The notes beneath the pieces were generated by a model. That model saw only the letters and a program-made list of their open reading frames with translations, did no database searches and was not told the origin of the DNA. A stretch of DNA of 64,000 nt from a virus. Within the stretch, counting starts at the first letter, position 1. Each line of letters begins with the position of its first letter. The stretch spans positions 32,545-96,544 of the IMG/VR virus record IMGVR_UViG_3300048599_000816. One strand, 5' to 3'. This document shows, piece after piece, positions 8,832 through 18,243 of the stretch. Made by a program: the position numbers and the translations under genes.

Positions 8832-9496
8832 TCCTTAGAATCTAAAATTTTCTGGATTTCTCGAAAAACAGCATGATTTCGTTCTTCAAGTTCTTCAAGA
8901 CTTCCAGGTTCTTCAAATCTATTTAACCAAGTTTTAAAATCAGGACAACCTCCAACACGAAGATGTGATGGATTCAAAGAAACAAGTTGTCTAACAATAG
9001 CTTTGCTGTGTGTAACTACAATAACACCTTTTGTATATTCAGAAAGATTTTCTACGAATTTTCTAATTTCGACACCTACTCCTCCTGCATATTTCTCTGA
9101 CAAGCCAATGTCAGGTTCATCCCAAATAATGTAGTGAGGTGTTGTACGTTCTTTGCACGAACTAATTCCTGTACTTACTGTACAAGAAGTAAGATAACCT
9201 GTAGAATTATAAGATTCGTCGCCATAAATCATTGCAGCAGGAATACCTGACGAACATCGTCCCTCTTGAGAAAGATGCATTACTTCATCATTTGTCAATC
9301 TAATAACAGCATGATAGACTCTTCTTATAAAAGATTTTCCTGTCGCATTGTCTCCTGTTACAATAACAAGTTTTTCATGACCAGAATCAAATTCGACTTT
9401 TATAGGTCCATCATTATCAAAGTATGACAATGAGTTTATCATACTTTGCGTCAAAGTAATCATATTTTTATAGTCAAAATCGTTTTTACTTTTCAT
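8828..9496 (-). CDS. ABC/AAA_21-like P-loop ATPase
   Basis: Walker A VTGDNATGKS, Walker B IIWDEPDIGLS, H-loop VIVVTHS; motif 9505-9517. Confidence 0.65.
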   Translation of the reverse strand: MKSKNDFDYKNMITLTQSMINSLSYFDNDGPIKVEFDSGHEKLVIVTGDNATGKSFIRRVYHAVIRLTNDEVMHLSQEGRCSSGIPAAMIYGDESYNSTGYLTSCTVSTGISSCKERTTPHYIIWDEPDIGLSEKYAGGVGVEIRKFVENLSEYTKGVIVVTHSKAIVRQLVSLNPSHLRVGGCPDFKTWLNRFEEPGSLEELEERNHAVFREIQKILDSKE

Positions 9497-9504
9497 AGTG
9501 ATAG

Positions 9505-9517
9505 ATTATATCGACAA
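9505..9517 (-). promoter_or_regulatory. recurrent upstream motif instance (attatatcgacaa)
   Basis: ~10 nt upstream of ATG 9496. Confidence 0.35.
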
Positions 9518-9558
9518 ATCTGTTAAAATTACCATAGCAAAAATGGGGTGAGGCCTAC

Positions 9559-9714
9559 TCAGTGCGATTCACTTTTCGGAGTCTCGTCAGACTTTTTTCT
9601 CCCACCTTTAGTTTTTACACCAGAACCTTTACAGTTCATGCATTGCTCATTCATATAAGTGACATTGTTTATTAAGTACTTTCTTCCTTTACATTCAGTA
9701 CAAGGTTGTCGCAT
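9559..9714 (-). CDS. DnaJ-CR-type zinc-finger mini-protein (51 aa, below ORF-track cutoff)
   Basis: Two CxxCxGxG motifs (CTECKGRK, CMNCKGSG); ATG 2 nt after CYTH stop. Confidence 0.4.
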   Translation of the reverse strand: MRQPCTECKGRKYLINNVTYMNEQCMNCKGSGVKTKGGRKKSDETPKSESH

Positions 9715-9716
9715 AA

Positions 9717-10340
9717 TTACTTTGTCTTGATCTTTTTTATTATTTGCGAATTAAAGTATGCAGGATTACCTGTCACTTCTTCGCCTATCCATTCTGGAAT
9801 AATTATTTCTTCATCAGGTTTTGAAAGTTCTACTTCTGCTATTACAAGATTTGGAGGATTAATAAAAACGTCTATTTCCCATAATTTGTTTTCAAAATAA
9901 GTATAATGACGAATTTTCTCGATATATGCTTTTGTCAGCTTCTTTAAGAAATAACGAGCACAAAATAATGGAAGAGGATACTCAAACTCGGGCGTTCCTT
10001 GTGTAGTTGTTTTGCCTTTTATAGTTATATAACTCTGCCCAATATTTGCAAACCATTCGTGTTTGTTATGTGCATTGTTTTTTACTCTAATTCTTGCTGT
10101 CTCAATATCGCTTAAAATTAGTTCTCCTTTTTCGTCATGCGAAATATTTTCTAGTATTTCTTTAGAATCTAAACCAATGTCTATTTTATGATAAAAATTT
10201 TTATCTGAAATAACTAGACAATTCTCAAATACACTTAAATTCCCAAGCGACTTATCAATATAACCTTGCACAATATAGTGCATGTTACTTTTCGGGAAGT
10301 CTCCAGAAACTAAAAATTTTCTTTCAATTTCTGTTCCCAT
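9717..10340 (-). CDS. CYTH-domain protein (CyaB/thiamine-triphosphatase-like triphosphate tunnel metalloenzyme)
   Basis: N-terminal EIERKFLV (ExExK), C-terminal VIAEVELS acidic motif, ~200 aa. Confidence 0.65.
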   Translation of the reverse strand: MGTEIERKFLVSGDFPKSNMHYIVQGYIDKSLGNLSVFENCLVISDKNFYHKIDIGLDSKEILENISHDEKGELILSDIETARIRVKNNAHNKHEWFANIGQSYITIKGKTTTQGTPEFEYPLPLFCARYFLKKLTKAYIEKIRHYTYFENKLWEIDVFINPPNLVIAEVELSKPDEEIIIPEWIGEEVTGNPAYFNSQIIKKIKTK

Positions 10341-10784
10341 TTAATCACAACTGCTCCCGCAATCACATGATGAACTGTCGCAAGAAGAACTACTGTCATA
10401 TGAAGAACTACTATCATATGAGCTACTGTCATGAGAACTGTGATCATAGTGAGAGTGTGAATGTGAATCAAAATTACTATGGTGTGTTATTGGTTCTTCA
10501 CAAATCCTTGGTGCTTCATTGAAACTGTGATGGTGACTTGACAAAGTTGATTTGTGTGAATCAATTTCATGGGGTATTCTCATGCATTCTTCAGAATTAG
10601 AAGCAAAAGATTCAACAAAATCTGAAGTATAAATTAAAGAATAGAAATCGAACGATACTGTATCGATTTCTGTGAACTGCGTTGATTTACACCCTGGACA
10701 GCATTGTTTTTTGAAAAATGTTTTAAATGATGTCAGCAGTTTGTCTTTTGATACTTTCCCGCATTTTTTGCATCTAAAAGCCAT
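10341..10784 (-). CDS. zinc-ribbon protein with His-rich and Ser/Asp-rich low-complexity tail
   Basis: CKKCGK...CPGCKS; HHHSFNE...SHSHSHYDHSSHDSSSYDSSSSYDSSSSCDSSSCDCGSSCD. Confidence 0.5.
   Translation of the reverse strand: MAFRCKKCGKVSKDKLLTSFKTFFKKQCCPGCKSTQFTEIDTVSFDFYSLIYTSDFVESFASNSEECMRIPHEIDSHKSTLSSHHHSFNEAPRICEEPITHHSNFDSHSHSHYDHSSHDSSSYDSSSSYDSSSSCDSSSCDCGSSCD
10350..10480. repeat. codon-level repeats encoding the Ser/Asp/His tail
   Basis: Repeated tcatatga/gaactact units. Confidence 0.35.
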
Positions 10785-10797
10785 AGTTCTTCCTTCC

Positions 10798-11037
10798 CTA
10801 ACGTTCAGGTGTTTTATTGTGTCTTTCTATTAATTGACGACATAGACCACATTGACTAGGTTTTTCACAATAAGCTTCAATAGTAGCAAGTATTACATCT
10901 GTAATGAATTCATCAAATAAAGTACATTTCCAACGAGCAGCAAATGAATTCAGATAAGGTACAGGTATTTTTATTGCATAATCACATTCTTTACAATTTC
11001 CATTTAAACCAACTGTAATTTCAATTATAGTTTTCAT
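10798..11037 (-). CDS. Cys-rich hypothetical protein
   Basis: CKECDY...CEKPSQCGLC; motif 11057-11071 upstream. Confidence 0.4.
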   Translation of the reverse strand: MKTIIEITVGLNGNCKECDYAIKIPVPYLNSFAARWKCTLFDEFITDVILATIEAYCEKPSQCGLCRQLIERHNKTPER

Positions 11038-11056
11038 GTGTGCTCTCCAATACTTA

Positions 11057-11071
11057 TTTTATATCATATTG
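11057..11071 (-). promoter_or_regulatory. recurrent upstream motif instance (ttttatatcatattg)
   Basis: Coding-strand TGATATAAAA then SD before ATG 11037; in 45-bp divergent region. Confidence 0.35.
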
Positions 11072-11082
11072 AAAGGAAAAAA

Positions 11083-11634
11083 ATGATTAAAAAAATAATG
11101 ACAAAACAAAGAAGAGAAGTTGAATACATAATAGATAATTCAATGACATTTTCAAAATCTCCATGGGCTTTAATTTCTATTTGGAGTTCCCAAGAATTAA
11201 TTACGCCTTTTAATAGAGAAATATTGTCAAAAGCTGGATGTAGTGAAATTTTAAGTGTAAAATTCAGTGATTTGACTTTAGACGAATATAATAAACTTAG
11301 TTTTCAAAAAAAATCTATATCATTTTTGTTTAAAGAAGAACAAGCAAAATCTATAATTAATTTTATTAATAAAGTAAATGCTATGGAAATACCAGAACTC
11401 TTTATACATTGTGCTGCAGGAATTTCAAGGAGTGGAGCTGTTGGAGTTTGGACTTGTCGTTATCTAAACTTAGATGAAAATGAATTTTTAGAAAACAATA
11501 AACACATCTTACCTAATACTTATATTCTTAATGTTTTGAATTCTGCAAGTGGTATTAACGACCAATACATGAAATTCTGGGAAACTGAATTGAATAAAGA
11601 AAAACGCGAAAATATGATGTTTAATATATTTTAA
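11083..11634 (+). CDS. dual-specificity/protein-tyrosine phosphatase
   Basis: Active-site HCAAGISRSG (CX5R); SD AAAGGAA before ATG 11083 (track GTG 11038). Confidence 0.75.
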   Translation: MIKKIMTKQRREVEYIIDNSMTFSKSPWALISIWSSQELITPFNREILSKAGCSEILSVKFSDLTLDEYNKLSFQKKSISFLFKEEQAKSIINFINKVNAMEIPELFIHCAAGISRSGAVGVWTCRYLNLDENEFLENNKHILPNTYILNVLNSASGINDQYMKFWETELNKEKRENMMFNIF

Positions 11635-11643
11635 CTTGTATGA

Positions 11644-12207
11644 TTATAATTTCTCACTTATGTCTTTTAAACTATTGATCATAAAAGAATCAAAAACATT
11701 AAAGTATTCTATAAAATCTAAAGGTGTCTTTCCTGGGAATTTATCTAAAAACTCAGTTGACAAGCCACCAAGAATACTCATATTAACAAGTGATTTTTCA
11801 CCTTTTTTAATTTTTACACTAATCATCTTTAAATTAGCATAATTCTCAATTAACCAGTCGTGAATTTTTGCTTCCTGAATAGCAATTTCTTCTTTGACCA
11901 TGAAATATGTCTTATTATTGTCTTCTTCTCCAATAATTTCAAACATACTTGTATACAAGTCAGATTTTGTTACTTCATTAATAGCTATAGCTTTTTCGTT
12001 TTTTAGTTGATAAACTTTGTTATCCCAAATACAGAAACATGCAGATTTACGATTTGAATGTTTCTTTTGATAATGGATTATACTGCTTTTAATTTTCTTT
12101 AATTCAGGAAGAACTTCAGTTACAAATATTTGCTGTTTACGTTTTTTCTCTTCTTCTTCTCTTTTTGCAATATCTTTGTCAACTTGTGCACCAACTTTTT
12201 TCTGCAT
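11644..12207 (-). CDS. hypothetical protein
   Basis: Non-overlapping minus ORF. Confidence 0.4.
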   Translation of the reverse strand: MQKKVGAQVDKDIAKREEEEKKRKQQIFVTEVLPELKKIKSSIIHYQKKHSNRKSACFCIWDNKVYQLKNEKAIAINEVTKSDLYTSMFEIIGEEDNNKTYFMVKEEIAIQEAKIHDWLIENYANLKMISVKIKKGEKSLVNMSILGGLSTEFLDKFPGKTPLDFIEYFNVFDSFMINSLKDISEKL

Positions 12208-12237
12208 TTTTTTGATTTGCGCTAAATTTAACCTTCC

Positions 12238-12462
12238 TTATAAAATTTGATTTCCTATTAATTCTTCAAAATAAAGTTTAAGATATCTTAACCCAAGAGT
12301 TTTATTTGTTGCTTTATTAGCCCATCTAACTACACCAACAAAATCATCTGAATCAACTAAACAATCAAATCTGTTAAAAGCCTTTTTCGAAGGTCTTACT
12401 TTAAAATGTTCAAATATTTCTTCTTTTTTGTCTTTAAGAATTAAAAGTCTATTTTGTTTCAT
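12238..12462 (-). CDS. hypothetical protein
   Basis: Minus ORF. Confidence 0.35.
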   Translation of the reverse strand: MKQNRLLILKDKKEEIFEHFKVRPSKKAFNRFDCLVDSDDFVGVVRWANKATNKTLGLRYLKLYFEELIGNQIL

Positions 12463-12719
12463 CGACTATAACTTATTTCTTCTGCAACAATTTCATCTGG
12501 CGTACATCCTATAAAATCTTCAAGCCATTCCATATCAGTACGTGTTTTTGACAAATTTTCACCCAAATATGGTTCAGCGACTTTATCAAGCTCTTTTTTC
12601 CATAACTTGAAATTCTTTACAGAAAGTTCTGGATGTTTTTTAAATTGTCGTTTATTCAAAACTTTCCTCTGTTTTAAAAATAAAACTAAATTTTTTGTTT
12701 TTTTCTTGAACAGGTTCAA
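12459..12719 (-). CDS. hypothetical basic protein
   Basis: ATGA overlap downstream; start uncertain (68-nt overlap upstream). Confidence 0.35.
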   Translation of the reverse strand: MNLFKKKTKNLVLFLKQRKVLNKRQFKKHPELSVKNFKLWKKELDKVAEPYLGENLSKTRTDMEWLEDFIGCTPDEIVAEEISYSR

Positions 12720-13014
12720 GGTTCTTCATAATATCTGCGGTCTGTGCTTCAATCCGACATAATGGTGAAGCACGATACGTTGGCAATCGTGTAGTATATC
12801 TACTTTTCAAGGTTAGTCTAGCTGTAGATCTTCCCTTGACATGCTCTTGAAATTTCTTAAACATAGATTCACTGCAACTAAAAACAGATTTTGCTTCTTT
12901 TACAGCTTCACCAAAACATAATACTAATTCATTGTCATCATTAGTATAGCAAGGCACTTGATATCTTATAGAAGGACGACTGTTTTGGCAACAGGGACTC
13001 ATATCTGTACTCAT
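12652..13014 (-). CDS. hypothetical protein
   Basis: Minus ORF. Confidence 0.4.
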   Translation of the reverse strand: MSTDMSPCCQNSRPSIRYQVPCYTNDDNELVLCFGEAVKEAKSVFSCSESMFKKFQEHVKGRSTARLTLKSRYTTRLPTYRASPLCRIEAQTADIMKNLEPVQEKNKKFSFIFKTEESFE

Positions 13015-13077
13015 GTTCTATTTATATTCTAAAGTTTTTAATTTGACTCTTATTAAAACTTAACCAAGGAGTCAAAC

Positions 13078-13821
13078 ATGAACGTTATTGTCGACATGTG
13101 GCGTTATGCAGAGTCAAGTAATCATGCAAAAGAATTTGAAAGTTATGACTTTCTTAAAGACAAAAAAATCACAAAATGCATTCACGAAGAATGTTTTTCT
13201 TTTGTTAGTGAAGAAGAAAACAGAATCGTCTTTGTTTTTGCTGGCACACAAGGTAATTTAAAATCTTGGTTATTAGATTTTCTCGCATTACCAATTTCTG
13301 ACGAAACTACAAAACACACAAAAACAAAAGAACTCGGTACAATACATTCTGGTTTTTACAGCATTTGGGAAAAGTCAAAAGCAATGGTTGATGAAATAAT
13401 TTCTAGAGCTGGTACAAAACAGATTTTTGTGACAGGTATGAGCCAAGGTGGTGCTGTAGCAACTTTATGCGCTCGTCATCTTGTAAAAAACAGAAATGTT
13501 AGTAAAACAAATCTTACTCTAGTTTCTTTTGGTGCACCTGCACAAGGTTTGAAAGAATATGCAAGTCAAATAAACGAATTAATAAGTACACATTTTAGAG
13601 TAGTAGATGGTTATGACATTGTCCCGACAATGCCACCTGTAAAACTTGGATTTGTGCATGGAGGAAGTTTTATCTGGTTGAGTGCACCTTGGTGGCATAA
13701 ATTCATTTATAAAGTCAAAGCACATTTCTATTCATCATATACAAAGGGTCTAATGAAAAAATTTACAAAACCTGATGAATTAGCTGAACTAAAAATCGTG
13801 TTAGATAGGGTCAATATTTAA
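13078..13821 (+). CDS. class-3 (fungal-type) lipase / alpha-beta hydrolase
   Basis: FVFAGTQGNLKSW and nucleophile elbow GMSQGGAVA; SD AAGGAG before ATG. Confidence 0.7.
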   Translation: MNVIVDMWRYAESSNHAKEFESYDFLKDKKITKCIHEECFSFVSEEENRIVFVFAGTQGNLKSWLLDFLALPISDETTKHTKTKELGTIHSGFYSIWEKSKAMVDEIISRAGTKQIFVTGMSQGGAVATLCARHLVKNRNVSKTNLTLVSFGAPAQGLKEYASQINELISTHFRVVDGYDIVPTMPPVKLGFVHGGSFIWLSAPWWHKFIYKVKAHFYSSYTKGLMKKFTKPDELAELKIVLDRVNI

Positions 13822-13860
13822 TTTTAGAATCAGTCTCGTTATGTTAGAGCATATTTGATT

Positions 13861-13888
13861 AAAGGCTATAGGTGAAACTATAGCCTTT
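13861..13888 (+). terminator. hairpin terminator after lipase gene
   Basis: aaaggctatag-gtgaaa-ctatagccttt followed by T-containing tract. Confidence 0.5.
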
Positions 13889-14118
13889 ATGTTTGATCAA
13901 ACTCTATTTCAAAGTTTAGTTCTTTTTCTGACATCATTGGACATGCCATCATTTCATTCTCGATCGGACACCCTTTACATTTCGAGTATTTAGAACACAT
14001 TTCTTGAAATTCTATAAGAGTTAATTCGCCAATTTTCTTTTTCATTACCAACTTCTTTTTTCTTTACATTTTTGAAAAATCCGTCTATAACGTCTTCTTT
14101 TATTTTTATACATAAAAA

Positions 14119-15066
14119 CTACCATGTTTGAATTGAACTTGTTTGTGCACCTGTAGAAAAATCTACAGAGACTTTTGAATGATCACCAAAACGAACAAGT
14201 ACATCACTATCAGAAAGACTTTGTACAACTACAATAGAATTTGTTCTACCTATGTGTTTTGTCCCTGGTCTTTTCCAAAAAACAACTGCAGCTGAACCTG
14301 CTCCATAACCTGTATCAGATGTTCCTGCATAATCAGCTCCAAACATAAGAGATGCATTGTATGAAAAATTGTAAAGATTCTGTCCTGTTCCACTTGCATT
14401 AGCAATTACACCCAATGTAGCAATTTTAATTCCAAAGGTTGAACTATTTGAAATTGCTAAATTTCCTCTAGAAAGAACATCAGATTGCGTTGCATATCCA
14501 GAATTACCAGAATAAGCGTCAGTATTTACTGCAAAACTTTCAAGCATATAAATATCACGACTGTCAAGAAGTGATGCATGCAAAGAAGGATTCCATGTTG
14601 CATTTGGATAAGAAGGATCATTCACAACACCTACAATGTGATTCATATTCCAAGCATTTACAAAACTTTTATTTGCATAAGTCTTTGAACGAATATGTTG
14701 AACTCTTGCATTCAAATCATCTCTTGAAACGTTATAATCATATCCTGCTTCATCAATAAAGATACCATGAATTTGTAGTGTGTCCCATTGATCTGTTTTT
14801 GTTTGAAAGTTACCAATAGTTTGGTTTGCTGTAACATATCCAAAAATCTTAATGTCTGGTTTTATTGACTTAAGTCTAGCAATAATTATTTGGGAATTTG
14901 CATAATCAGGATGTGCAGGTGCTTGTACACCATCACCAAAAACACAAACATCATATTTTGCCATATCCATTGCTACATTTTCATTATTCCAACCATTTGT
15001 AGCACTATTGAATGAGTTCAAGTAACCATAATAAACAAGTAAATTTTGAGGAAATGCTGAAGACAT
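14119..15066 (-). CDS. putative TIM-barrel glycoside hydrolase-like protein (spherulin-4-like)
   Basis: LLVYYGY...DVCVFGDG...IKIFGYV pattern; weak by-eye similarity. Confidence 0.35.
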   Translation of the reverse strand: MSSAFPQNLLVYYGYLNSFNSATNGWNNENVAMDMAKYDVCVFGDGVQAPAHPDYANSQIIIARLKSIKPDIKIFGYVTANQTIGNFQTKTDQWDTLQIHGIFIDEAGYDYNVSRDDLNARVQHIRSKTYANKSFVNAWNMNHIVGVVNDPSYPNATWNPSLHASLLDSRDIYMLESFAVNTDAYSGNSGYATQSDVLSRGNLAISNSSTFGIKIATLGVIANASGTGQNLYNFSYNASLMFGADYAGTSDTGYGAGSAAVVFWKRPGTKHIGRTNSIVVVQSLSDSDVLVRFGDHSKVSVDFSTGAQTSSIQTW

Positions 15067-15118
15067 AGTTAACTCCTTTTTAAAGTAGTTAACTATATTT
15101 TATAATAACAAGAGAAAA

Positions 15119-15466
15119 TTAAGCAGTTACCTGTTGTGTAAATTTTTCAAGTTCATAAAAAGTATTAGGATTAATACTTATATGACAACCTAAACGTTTG
15201 AGAAATAGAATATCGTTATCATAACAGTCAGCCATAACAAAAACATGTTGATCTTTGTTAGTACTTTTTATTTCCCAACATACTTCAACTACTTGTTTAT
15301 ATTTTTGGGGGTCAGCATTAACTACGACAAAATCGACATAGTTTTCTTTAAAAGTTTGTGCTGCTTTTTCAAAGTTTGAAACTATAACAGAATCATTGTT
15401 TTCTTTGAAGTAAGCAATAAACATGTCAACAACATCTTGACATTCGTCAACAACTAATATGTTCAT
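15119..15466 (-). CDS. CheY-like receiver-domain-like protein
   Basis: MNILVVDE...DFVVVNAD pattern; weak. Confidence 0.3.
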   Translation of the reverse strand: MNILVVDECQDVVDMFIAYFKENNDSVIVSNFEKAAQTFKENYVDFVVVNADPQKYKQVVEVCWEIKSTNKDQHVFVMADCYDNDILFLKRLGCHISINPNTFYELEKFTQQVTA

Positions 15467-15485
15467 GATTTAATCCTTGATGGGG

Positions 15486-15740
15486 TTATTCACCAGATAT
15501 TGTGTCGAGCCACAAATAGTCATCTGACTTTAAAGCAAAGTAGAAACGATAATTTAACCTTTCTTTGAGAATTGTTAAAAGTTTCTTATACGAATCTTCT
15601 TCGGTGTCTGAAAGAATTGTATTTACGATTTCATCTCTTATGAGACGTAAGGTGCCATTTTGTGAAAGCGATAATAAACTATATTCTGATAAAATTTCTT
15701 TAACTTTTTCAATTGTGTACTCTCTCACATAATCTCCCAA
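15486..15740 (-). CDS. hypothetical protein (probably starts at GTG with SD GGGAGA)
   Basis: Track TTG start; motif 15754-15767 upstream. Confidence 0.35.
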   Translation of the reverse strand: MGDYVREYTIEKVKEILSEYSLLSLSQNGTLRLIRDEIVNTILSDTEEDSYKKLLTILKERLNYRFYFALKSDDYLWLDTISGE

Positions 15741-15753
15741 ATAGAGTTTGTGC

Positions 15754-15767
15754 GAATATATCGAAAG
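15754..15767 (-). promoter_or_regulatory. recurrent upstream motif instance (gaatatatcgaaag)
   Basis: ~20 nt upstream of start 15740. Confidence 0.35.
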
Positions 15768-15773
15768 TTGAAA

Positions 15774-17003
15774 TTAATCAGCCAAAACCAAACTTGGTTC
15801 AATCGAGTATGGATCTATCATAACATGTTTTGTTTCACCATAGATACCCATAAACACATTCAAAATTGCATCTCTCAATAAGTTACATTGACTTTTATCT
15901 TCATTTGTGAACTCGATAAGAGAACCACAACTATGTTCTTTAATTAAATCCTGTATTGCTTTCGCTTTTTCTTCTGTTGAAAGTTGAGCTTTTAATCTAT
16001 TTTCAATTTGTTTGTCAGTGTAATTACGTTTTTTCAACCTTGTCATTCGTGTTTCATCAGAACATTTTACCAAGACAAAATTATTATTAACAAAATTACA
16101 AATTTTTGCTTCAACAAAGAGTGCACTATTAAGTAAAATGATACCTTTTAAACCAATTATTTTTTTTCTAACCATGTGCATCATAGGTTCAAACATGATT
16201 CTATCAAACTCTGCTCTTGCGCTTTCAGCGTCATAATCATCAAACATTAACTGAATTAAGAGATTTATATCGATTTTGTCGTCTTTCGCTGATAAATCAT
16301 TTGCTGATGTAGTAATATTTAATGTAGAAGCAATTGTTGAGCGTACAGTTCTATGTACAGGTTCATTAGATTCTTTTAAAATGTATCTTCCTATTTCATC
16401 CATGTCAATATGATGAAAAACTAGGTTTTCTTTAGAGTTCTTTGGCAATAAATTAAGAATAGATTTTGAAACAAAAGATTTTCCCGAACCAATACCTCCA
16501 GTAACACCCAAAAGATATTGACCCGATATGCGTTCTTCTAAAGCTTGTTTAATAACTAAAGGGACATATTCTGTCAAATTTGATGCATGATTAAGTTGAA
16601 GTTCTTTAACAGCACTTGAACTAATATGCGATAACTTTTGATCAGCAACAAGAATATAAGTATCTAATTCTTGTTTAAAGCCCATATTAATATCAGAAAG
16701 CATTCGTTCAAAATCAAAGTCGTTAGAGTTTCGTGCACCTCTTATTATTGTTTTCACTTCATTTTCATATGCAAAGTCAGCAAGTAATCCTGGATAAGAA
16801 TTTACTGTCACGCGACTTGCAAAACGAGAAAGAACTTTTTGTACTTGTGCAATTCTTTCTTCTTGTGAAAAAGTATAAGTCTTTTTGGGATTAGAGCCTA
16901 CTGCAACAATCAAATGATCAAAAACGTTAAGAGCACGTTCTATAAGATTTATATGGCCATAATGTATTGTATCAAATGATGCTGCAAATATTGCTTTTTT
17001 CAA
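15774..17003 (-). CDS. coaDE: bifunctional phosphopantetheine adenylyltransferase / dephospho-CoA kinase (CoaD-CoaE fusion)
   Basis: N-terminus aligns along its length with CoaD (FDxIHYGH, FDHLIVAV, TFSQEER, IRGARNSNDFDFE, ISSSAVKE); C-half has DPCK P-loop LGVTGGIGSGKS. Confidence 0.8.
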   Translation of the reverse strand: MKKAIFAASFDTIHYGHINLIERALNVFDHLIVAVGSNPKKTYTFSQEERIAQVQKVLSRFASRVTVNSYPGLLADFAYENEVKTIIRGARNSNDFDFERMLSDINMGFKQELDTYILVADQKLSHISSSAVKELQLNHASNLTEYVPLVIKQALEERISGQYLLGVTGGIGSGKSFVSKSILNLLPKNSKENLVFHHIDMDEIGRYILKESNEPVHRTVRSTIASTLNITTSANDLSAKDDKIDINLLIQLMFDDYDAESARAEFDRIMFEPMMHMVRKKIIGLKGIILLNSALFVEAKICNFVNNNFVLVKCSDETRMTRLKKRNYTDKQIENRLKAQLSTEEKAKAIQDLIKEHSCGSLIEFTNEDKSQCNLLRDAILNVFMGIYGETKHVMIDPYSIEPSLVLAD

Positions 17004-17212
17004 TTCCAGCCTCGTTTCTTCCCTTCATCACGTTCTTTCATTTTTGCACGTTGTTTTGCTGAATTAAGCTTTCTTTTCTTCTGCTCACTGGGTTTTTCAT
17101 AATGCTTATATTTTTTAAGCTCAGATAAGACTCCTGAACGTTCACACGTTCTAATGAAACGACGCAATGCTTTGTCAAAATTTTCAGTTTCGCGAATAAT
17201 AATACCATTCAT
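17000..17212 (-). CDS. rpsU: ribosomal protein bS21 homolog
   Basis: IIIRETENFDKALRRFIRTCERSGVLSELKKYKHYEKPSEQKKRK aligns with bacterial S21 ([26 protein letters not shown]...YEKPT..RKR). Confidence 0.8.
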   Translation of the reverse strand: MNGIIIRETENFDKALRRFIRTCERSGVLSELKKYKHYEKPSEQKKRKLNSAKQRAKMKERDEGKKRGWN

Positions 17213-17357
17213 GATACTTTACTTTCTAGATAGTTGTGAAATCATTTATCAGCAACTTTAGTGCTTATAATTTTTATTTTAATTTTTTCTAATTTTAACA
17301 ATTAATTTGCTTTTACAGAAACTTGTTATATAAATAAGTTAAAAAAGAAAGGGAAAA

Positions 17358-17654
17358 ATGATTAATTATAAAGAAACAACTGAAGTTAAAGAAGCATTTG
17401 AGAAGTACAATGCATTCCCTGAAAATGACGAGAGAAGAATTCATTTTTTGTTTGCTGAAGGAAAAGAAGTTGTATTAGAAGTCAAAGTCACAGACTCTCA
17501 ACTTTTTCGTTTAACTTGTCTTTCTATGTTCACTAGTAATTCTCCTCTTTCTGTTCCTGGGGCAGAAATAACTTCTATAAGTCTAGATACAAATGGTAAA
17601 GATAAAGTCATAAAGTTTTTAGAAGAACAACTTCATAATTTAAAGAAACTATAA
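17358..17654 (+). CDS. hypothetical protein
   Basis: Plus ORF with SD AAAGGGAAAA, in divergent intergenic region. Confidence 0.4.
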   Translation: MINYKETTEVKEAFEKYNAFPENDERRIHFLFAEGKEVVLEVKVTDSQLFRLTCLSMFTSNSPLSVPGAEITSISLDTNGKDKVIKFLEEQLHNLKKL

Positions 17655-17806
17655 TGTATCAAGAAGTAGAATGTCCACATTGCAGAAACGAATTTCAAGC
17701 AGAAGTTTTCGTTTCGAACATGTGTCCTAAATGTAGTAAGCCATTTATATGGGATGCTGCATGTGAAGGAACTGAATTTGAATATAACTTTCCAAGTTGG
17801 GATTAA
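17654..17806 (+). CDS. zinc-ribbon mini-protein (50 aa)
   Basis: TAATG overlap with upstream plus gene; CPHC...CPKC. Confidence 0.4.
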   Translation: MYQEVECPHCRNEFQAEVFVSNMCPKCSKPFIWDAACEGTEFEYNFPSWD

Positions 17807-17985
17807 TCTTTCAAAATAAATAACATTTTTTTGTTCTTAGATTTTCCAAAAGGTCTAAGACATGTTGGACAAACAAGAGACTCATAACCTTCAATTAAAG
17901 CAAAACCACAATCTTTACAAACAGAATAATCAAGCGACGTTACTGTTATATTTGGTTGAAACTCTTCATATTCAAATTGAGACAT
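17803..17985 (-). CDS. zinc-ribbon mini-protein
   Basis: CKDCG...CPTC. Confidence 0.35.
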   Translation of the reverse strand: MSQFEYEEFQPNITVTSLDYSVCKDCGFALIEGYESLVCPTCLRPFGKSKNKKMLFILKD

Positions 17986-18243
17986 TTAATAAACTCTTGA
18001 CTTACCTTTAGGTACAGGTGTTCCTTGTTCTTCATGCCAATTGTCAAGATCTTCTTTTGTCAATAACTTTCCGCAAACTTGACAGACAGCTTGAATATAA
18101 GCACATTTTTGACATGGAACTTTCAATCCTTTTTTATAAAGACCAAACCTTCCATGTTTCTCACAATGACCTTGCGCCATAAAAGAAGCTGTAGTTCTAC
18201 ATAATTCTTTATGTTCACTACAAACAATCAATGTAATACTCAT
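17986..18243 (-). CDS. Cys-rich mini-protein
   Basis: Multiple CxxC pairs. Confidence 0.4.
   Translation of the reverse strand: MSITLIVCSEHKELCRTTASFMAQGHCEKHGRFGLYKKGLKVPCQKCAYIQAVCQVCGKLLTKEDLDNWHEEQGTPVPKGKSRVY

Noticed and set aside
13015-13077. Sigma70-like promoter (TTGACT) upstream of the lipase gene
   Set aside because: A -35-like hexamer is present, but no properly spaced -10 hexamer was found.
15774-17003. Calling the N-terminal domain NMNAT (NadD/NadM) to complete an NAD salvage pathway
   Set aside because: Residue-by-residue similarity is specific to CoaD (PPAT) and the fused kinase has the CoaE P-loop, so this is CoA rather than NAD biosynthesis.
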